Below are positions 27,228-32,102 of a stretch of DNA of 32,102 nt, piece after piece (positions within the stretch are counted from its first letter, which is position 1; each line of letters starts with the position of its first letter). This DNA is from a virus (Duplodnaviria; Caudoviricetes). The notes beneath the pieces are model-generated. The model did no database searches. It had not been told where the DNA came from and saw only the letters and a list, made by a program, of their open reading frames with translations. The position numbers were made by a program, and so were the translations under genes. The DNA is taken from IMG/VR virus record IMGVR_UViG_3300020043_000693, positions 1 to 32,102 of that record; one strand, given 5' to 3'.

Positions 27228-27567
27228 ATTAACAGAGCGAGAAACGATAGTTATTTATTGCGGATTGCTAAACGCATTGATTGATCATATAGAAAACGAT
27301 TTTAGACCAAGCGTATTTAATCGCCAATCGTTAAAAGCTAAATCAAATAGTGTGATGGATGAGTTGCTAAAGATAGAGCAACAACTTTACAAAGGCGATC
27401 CATCTGGAGAAGTAAGCGATCAATACTTTCAAGCAGGTAAATTGATGATTCAATTCTTTTGCATTGGTATGGATATGGAGCTAATGGATAAGACAAGAGC
27501 TGAAGGATTAAATACTCAGTTGATGATTTTGATGAAGAACTACGGACTAAACCTAGATTTTAAATGA
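27217..27567 (+). CDS. Hypothetical protein
   Basis: ATG at 27217 (MANKLTERE) preferred; same overlap pattern as the preceding gene junction. Confidence 0.6.
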   Translation: MANKLTERETIVIYCGLLNALIDHIENDFRPSVFNRQSLKAKSNSVMDELLKIEQQLYKGDPSGEVSDQYFQAGKLMIQFFCIGMDMELMDKTRAEGLNTQLMILMKNYGLNLDFK

Positions 27568-28427
27568 TAACTATTAATTCACTAAGCGGAGGCAAAACAT
27601 CAAGCTATTTAGCAGCACACTATTTAGCTGACTATAATGTATTTTCTATTGTTTGCATAGATGATAAACAATGTTCTCCAAAGAATAAGAAAGATATCCA
27701 ATATGTAAATGATAAAATTGAAAAATATGGATTCTTAGATAAATATGGAGAATTTATAGCTACGGCTGAAGATGATATTATTATCAGCACAATGCGAGAT
27801 TTAGAACAATCATTGGGAAAGGAAATAGTTTGGGTAAGACATCAATCTTTGGATTGGTGGATTAAAAAGAAAAAAATGTTGTTCAATATGACAATGAGAT
27901 ATTGTACAACAGAAACAAAAATTATTCCTATATGTGAATTTGTAGTAGAGCATTTAATTAATAAAGGCTTATGCGATAAAGTTTTAATGAATCAGGGAAT
28001 AAGATATGATGAGATAGAAAGAAAAAAAACTGGAGATGCAATTAATTATCGTAATAAAATAATTACAGGTAAGAACGCAAGTGGTAACAGAAATAAATGG
28101 ACTGAGTACAATTGGGCAATTGCAAACTATCCTTTAATAAATGATAGAATTTTAAATCGTGATGTTATAAATTTTTGGAAAAATTCAGAAATACAATTTG
28201 CTAAAGATTCAAATTGTGTTGGATGTTTTTGGAAAGATGTACAACAACTAAGAAAAAATTGGGATGATAATCAAAATAAAATGCAATGGTTTTCAAATCA
28301 GGAGGAAAAAATGAATCATTTCTTTAAACCTAACATAGATTATAGTCAAATAAAGAATGTTGGATTACAAATGGATTTCCATTTTGGAACAGGTTCAGGA
28401 TGTCAAGCAGGATTTTGTACTGATTAA
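27564..28427 (+). CDS. PAPS-reductase-like / adenine nucleotide alpha-hydrolase, probably Fe-S
   Basis: SLSGGKTS PP-loop, RYCTTETK, GIRYDE, SNCVGCF and CQAGFC. Confidence 0.75.
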   Translation: MITINSLSGGKTSSYLAAHYLADYNVFSIVCIDDKQCSPKNKKDIQYVNDKIEKYGFLDKYGEFIATAEDDIIISTMRDLEQSLGKEIVWVRHQSLDWWIKKKKMLFNMTMRYCTTETKIIPICEFVVEHLINKGLCDKVLMNQGIRYDEIERKKTGDAINYRNKIITGKNASGNRNKWTEYNWAIANYPLINDRILNRDVINFWKNSEIQFAKDSNCVGCFWKDVQQLRKNWDDNQNKMQWFSNQEEKMNHFFKPNIDYSQIKNVGLQMDFHFGTGSGCQAGFCTD

Positions 28428-28465
28428 TTTGTAATAATAAAAATAATTATTTAAACTTTGTGATT

Positions 28466-28669
28466 ATGAGCGACTTAGTTAATCATCCAGACCATTACAA
28501 GGCAAGAGGATTTGAGGCAATAGACATTATAGAAGCCTACGAACTGAATTTTGCATTAGGTAACGCAGTAAAATATATCTTGAGAGCTGACAAGAAAGCA
28601 AATAAAAAGCAGGATCTTGAGAAAGCTCTCTGGTATTTAAATCACGAACTTGATAAGTTCAATGGATAA
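28466..28669 (+). CDS. DUF3310 protein (T7 gp1.7/SaV-like)
   Basis: VNHPDHY...EAIDII...GNAVKYILRA..K....DLEKALWYL. Confidence 0.85.
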   Translation: MSDLVNHPDHYKARGFEAIDIIEAYELNFALGNAVKYILRADKKANKKQDLEKALWYLNHELDKFNG

Positions 28670-28775
28670 TTTAATAACTGCGATTGTAGGCTTTGTTTTG
28701 TTTGAGTTGATAGTTATACTCTACTTAGCATATAAAGTCGCTCAGAAGGCAAAGAAAATACGAAAGAACCAATGA
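28662..28775 (+). CDS. Small membrane peptide (37 aa, MDNLITAIVGFVLFELIVILYLAYKVAQKAKKIRKNQ)
   Basis: Translated by hand; transmembrane segment plus basic tail; overlaps both neighbours. Confidence 0.6.
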   Translation: MDNLITAIVGFVLFELIVILYLAYKVAQKAKKIRKNQ

Positions 28776-28960
28776 ATTACGCAGAAGAAGCAAAGAGCTT
28801 AGTGAATAACTGCCTATTCTTTACGGGAGATAAAGAACAAGCAAAAGATTGTGCTTTGTATATGGTAGAGTTTTTCATCGGGAAACTTGCTGAGCTTGAT
28901 GAAGACAAGAATCTTCAAGCAGATTTTATAGGAGTAAAAAAAGAATTGTATAATCTTTGA
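28772..28960 (+). CDS. Hypothetical protein
   Basis: 62 aa ORF (AKDCALYMVE). Confidence 0.6.
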   Translation: MNYAEEAKSLVNNCLFFTGDKEQAKDCALYMVEFFIGKLAELDEDKNLQADFIGVKKELYNL

Positions 28961-29412
28961 TGGACAAAATTTACTCTCGCCATCGGCATTGGATTAAGAT
29001 AGTAGAAGGGTTTGGCGAGAAGAATTATGCTGAAGATATAGTGCAAGAAGCATATATTCGAGTTCACGGTAAGACAATCAATGAAGCCTACTTTTACTTT
29101 ACGCTTCGATCACTTACAATGGACTTACATCGTAAGAAAGTAGATAAGATAGAGATTACACAAGAGATAGAATACTCTTTAAAAGAAGATAATTATCAAG
29201 AAGAAGTTACAGAGTTTGTCAAGCCATACCTAGATTTTATTAATACTTGGGACTGGTACGATAAAAAGATGTATCTGATTTATATTACTAATAACGTTTC
29301 GATGCGTAAAATGGCAAAGGAATCAGGAATACCATTGATGAATATCTTTCAAACTATTCAAAGATGTAAATTAAAAATAAAGTTATGGCAAAAAGAAAAC
29401 CAAAAGGCTTAG
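28960..29412 (+). CDS. ECF-type RNA polymerase sigma factor
   Basis: Region 2-like AEDIVQEAYIRV...YFYFTLRSLTMDLHRK; region 4 HTH SMRKMAKESGIPLMNIFQTIQRCKLKIK; about 150 aa. Confidence 0.8.
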   Translation: MDKIYSRHRHWIKIVEGFGEKNYAEDIVQEAYIRVHGKTINEAYFYFTLRSLTMDLHRKKVDKIEITQEIEYSLKEDNYQEEVTEFVKPYLDFINTWDWYDKKMYLIYITNNVSMRKMAKESGIPLMNIFQTIQRCKLKIKLWQKENQKA

Positions 29413-29747
29413 GCGATACGATTGAAGCAATCACAGAAGCAACTGGAATTAAAGCAGGAGTTGAAGCGTTATCAAAAGCATTAGATTGGGATTGTGGATG
29501 TGATGAACGAAAGGAAAAGCTAAACGCATTATTCCCATACAAGAAGCCGAATTGTTTAAGCGAAGAAGATTATAACTATTTAAAAGATTTCTTTGCTACA
29601 AACGTAAACATATTGAGTTTAAAGACACAAAGAGAGTTGCAAGCTATTTATCTAGCGGTATTTAATATTCCTTTTGTTGATTCATCTTGCCCATCTTGCT
29701 GGAGAGATATGCTTGGGCAGTTAAGAAAGATTTACAACGAGTTCTAA
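29385..29747 (+). CDS. Cys-rich hypothetical phage protein
   Basis: GLGDTIE, DCGCDERKEKLN and SSCPSC motifs. Confidence 0.7.
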   Translation: MAKRKPKGLGDTIEAITEATGIKAGVEALSKALDWDCGCDERKEKLNALFPYKKPNCLSEEDYNYLKDFFATNVNILSLKTQRELQAIYLAVFNIPFVDSSCPSCWRDMLGQLRKIYNEF

Positions 29748-29752
29748 AATAT

Positions 29753-29854
29753 AGTCAGGTGGTGAAATGGTAAACGCAAGGACAGTAGGTTGCATAAACC
29801 AGCTTATAAAAGAGTAATCCGAAAATGTTACAGGTTCGAATCCTGTCCTGACTT
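29753..29854 (+). tRNA. tRNA-like RNA with a non-canonical anticodon region (isotype undetermined)
   Basis: Acceptor AGTCAGG/CCTGACT, D-arm GTG-AAATGGTAAA-CGC, T-arm ACAGG-TTCGAAT-CCTGT; 52 nt atypical middle. Confidence 0.65.
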
Positions 29855-29884
29855 CAAAATTAATTTGGATTTCAATTTTTTTCA

Positions 29885-30160
29885 ATGGAAGAGGAAGTAG
29901 TTAAAAAAAGAGGTGGTGCAAGACCAAATAGTGGAAGAATGAAGAAAGATGAAGTGCTTTCTTTAATTGAAACTATGGATGCAGTTTGTGTACCTGAAAC
30001 AGTTTGGCTAAAGCTAAGCGAGAAGGTAATTGATGGAGATACAAACGCAATGAAGGTTTGGCTTCAATATCGTTACGGAATGCCAAAGCAAGTTATTGAT
30101 CAAAATACAACGCATACAATCAACGATTTCGATTTAAAAGACATCGTAAACTTTAAGTGA
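29885..30160 (+). CDS. terS: Terminase small subunit (putative)
   Basis: RGGARPNSGR motif; overlaps the large subunit start. Confidence 0.65.
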   Translation: MEEEVVKKRGGARPNSGRMKKDEVLSLIETMDAVCVPETVWLKLSEKVIDGDTNAMKVWLQYRYGMPKQVIDQNTTHTINDFDLKDIVNFK

Positions 30161-31368
30161 TAGAACTTAATAAAAAATACATTCCGCTTTTTGCAAGCGA
30201 TTCAAGGTATTACGTTATAACTGGAGGTCGTGGATCAGGGAAATCATTTGCCCTAAACTCATTCCTTTTGCTTCTAACGTACGAAGTTGGACACGTTATA
30301 CTATTTACTAGATATACATTAGTTTCAGCTCACATTTCAATTATACCTGAATTTGTTGAAAAGATAGAAATGGCTGGACTAGAGAATGATTTCTCAATCA
30401 CAAAGGATGAAATCATAAATCTAAAGACTAAGTCCAAGATTCTATTCAAAGGAATCAAGACATCATCGGGAACTCAAACCGCTAATCTTAAATCACTTTC
30501 AGGTGTTACTACTTTTGTACTAGATGAGGCAGAAGAGTTAGTAGATGAGGATGTATTTGATAAAATTGATTTATCAGTTAGACATAACACAAAGCAGAAC
30601 AGGGTAATTCTTATTCTTAACCCTACAACAAAGGAGCATTTTATCTATCAAAGATTTTTTGAAGCTCGTGGTGTGGAGGCAGGACAATCTACCACAAAGC
30701 AAGACACAACTTACATACATACAACTTACCTAGATAATATTGAGAATCTTAGTGATTCATTCATTACACAAATTGAATCGCTTAAAGAGCAAAACAGAAA
30801 AAAATACCAGCACCAGATTCTAGGTGGTTGGCTAGATAAAGCAGAAGGAGTTGTATTTACTAACTGGAGCTTTGGTAATTTTAATCCTGACAACTTACAA
30901 ACATCATTTGGGCAAGACTTTGGATTCTCAATAGATCCTACAACGCTAGTAGAGGTTGCCATTGATAAGAACAAACGTAAGATTTATGTTAAGGAGCATT
31001 TATACAAGCCAAAGCTAACAACAAGCGAGATTGCAGTAATTAACAAGCAGGTTTGTGGCAATGGTTTAATCGTAGCAGATAGTGCAGAGCCTAGACTTAT
31101 TGCAGAGCTTCAGAATCAGCGTTGTAATATCGTTGCAACTGAGAAAGGAGCAGGATCAATTACTGCTGGACTAGCATTGATGCAGGATTATGAAATAGTT
31201 TTAGAACCTAATAGCCAAAACATTGCAAAAGAACTTAACAACTACATCTACTCAGATAAGAAGTCTGGATTGGTTATTGACAACTACAATCACGCAATTG
31301 ATGCCATACGTTACAACGTGTTCTATCACTTGTCTAATCCCAACAAAGGGCAGTATTTCGTGTACTAA
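30157..31368 (+). CDS. terL: Terminase large subunit (PBSX family)
   Basis: GGRGSGKS Walker A, LDEAEE Walker B, GQDFGFSIDP and NHAIDAIRY. Confidence 0.93.
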   Translation: MIELNKKYIPLFASDSRYYVITGGRGSGKSFALNSFLLLLTYEVGHVILFTRYTLVSAHISIIPEFVEKIEMAGLENDFSITKDEIINLKTKSKILFKGIKTSSGTQTANLKSLSGVTTFVLDEAEELVDEDVFDKIDLSVRHNTKQNRVILILNPTTKEHFIYQRFFEARGVEAGQSTTKQDTTYIHTTYLDNIENLSDSFITQIESLKEQNRKKYQHQILGGWLDKAEGVVFTNWSFGNFNPDNLQTSFGQDFGFSIDPTTLVEVAIDKNKRKIYVKEHLYKPKLTTSEIAVINKQVCGNGLIVADSAEPRLIAELQNQRCNIVATEKGAGSITAGLALMQDYEIVLEPNSQNIAKELNNYIYSDKKSGLVIDNYNHAIDAIRYNVFYHLSNPNKGQYFVY

Positions 31369-31369
31369 T

Positions 31370-31400
31370 AACAAAAAAATCAACTTAACGTTTATACAAT
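31370..31400 (+). promoter_or_regulatory. Putative phage late promoter 3 (ECF-type)
   Basis: AACAA(31370)-N13-ACGTTTAT(31388)-N5-ATG(31401). Confidence 0.75.
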
Positions 31401-32078
31401 ATGAAGTTAGAGATAACGATTCCAACTGATTTGAGCGAAATTAAGCTATCTCAGTATCAAAAGTTTTTAAAGATTTCGGATCAAAATGATGAATCTGATT
31501 TTATTCATCACAAGATGATTGAAATCTTTTGCAACGTTGAATTGAAATATGTATCTAAGTTTAAACGTAAACAGATAGTTGAGATTGTAACGACAATCAA
31601 TAACCTATTTACTAAAATACCACCGTTTAAAAATAGATTTACATTAAACGGTATTGAATATGGATTTATTCCAAATCTTGATGATATATCTCAAGGGGAA
31701 TATATGGATCTTGACAATTATATTGTTGATGTTGCTGATCTTCATCGCTCTATGGCAGTAATGTTTAGACCGATAAAGAATAAACTAAAAGATAAATATA
31801 CGATTGAGTCATACGAAGGCTCAGATGTTTATGCTGAAAAAATGCTTGATGCACCTTTAGATGTAGTTTTAGCATCAAGGGTTTTTTTTTATCATTTAGG
31901 CAAAGAGTTGCTGAAAAGTACATTGACCTATTTGGAGGAGAATCCGCAGATTCAGACTATTCTGAACAAGCACAATTCGGAAAACGATGGGGATGGTATT
32001 CATCCATTTATGCGCTTGCTCAAGGAGATGTCAGGCGATTTGATGAAATATCCAGACTTCCGCTTAATCAATGTCTAA
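31401..32078 (+). CDS. Tail assembly chaperone (putative)
   Basis: YGFIPNLDDISQGEYMDLD; slippery T-run at VFF; first gene of the tail operon. Confidence 0.6.
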   Translation: MKLEITIPTDLSEIKLSQYQKFLKISDQNDESDFIHHKMIEIFCNVELKYVSKFKRKQIVEIVTTINNLFTKIPPFKNRFTLNGIEYGFIPNLDDISQGEYMDLDNYIVDVADLHRSMAVMFRPIKNKLKDKYTIESYEGSDVYAEKMLDAPLDVVLASRVFFYHLGKELLKSTLTYLEENPQIQTILNKHNSENDGDGIHPFMRLLKEMSGDLMKYPDFRLINV

Positions 32079-32102
32079 CCTTTTTGACATTTGAAAAGCA
32101 AA
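31879..32102 (+). other. Slippery site and -1 frame extension (runs off the window)
   Basis: GGG followed by T9 at 31879-31890; the -1 frame reads FFLSFRQRVAEKYIDLF...WGWYSSIYALAQGD...CLTFLTFEKQ with no stop. Confidence 0.65.

Noticed and set aside
28428-28460. Bacteroidetes promoter before the DUF3310 gene
   Set aside because: AAACTTTG deviates from TAnnTTTG; plausible but not well enough supported to call.
3991-30974. All minus-strand ORFs in the track (e.g. 3991-4242, 6186-6422, 12240-12485, 22389-22649, 30726-30974)
   Set aside because: Short shadows of well-supported + strand genes, with no recognisable motifs.
1-32102. Stop-codon reassignment
   Set aside because: Genes are full length in the standard code, and TAG/TGA terminate genes at sensible junctions.

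Overview
Near-complete, AT-rich tailed-phage genome (siphovirus-like), with all credible genes on the + strand and cut inside the tail module at both ends. A Bacteroidetes host is inferred from TAnnTTTG promoters, A-rich ribosome-loading regions without Shine-Dalgarno sequences, and Gln after predicted signal-peptidase sites. Gene order: tail genes, tape measure, protease/scaffold/capsid, tail tube, portal, adaptor, tail fibre, lysis genes, then a six-gene cell-envelope cassette. After a terminator come early/replication genes (ERF, SSB-like, replication initiator with iterons, C5 methyltransferase, VRR-NUC, PAPS-reductase-like, DUF3310), an ECF-type sigma factor, a tRNA-like RNA, the terminase, and a tail chaperone with a -1 slippery site. 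The most striking element is the cassette at 15852-20699: two CsgG-like paralogs, a cohesin-dockerin-cohesin protein, a lipoprotein, a membrane-anchored linker and a predicted outer-membrane barrel. Other highlights are three exact AACAA-N13-ACGTTTAT-N5-start motifs (candidate leaderless late promoters for the phage sigma factor), a kissing-loop leader RNA before the replication gene, and a candidate antisense sRNA. All family assignments are by-eye motif recognition; no database searches were run.
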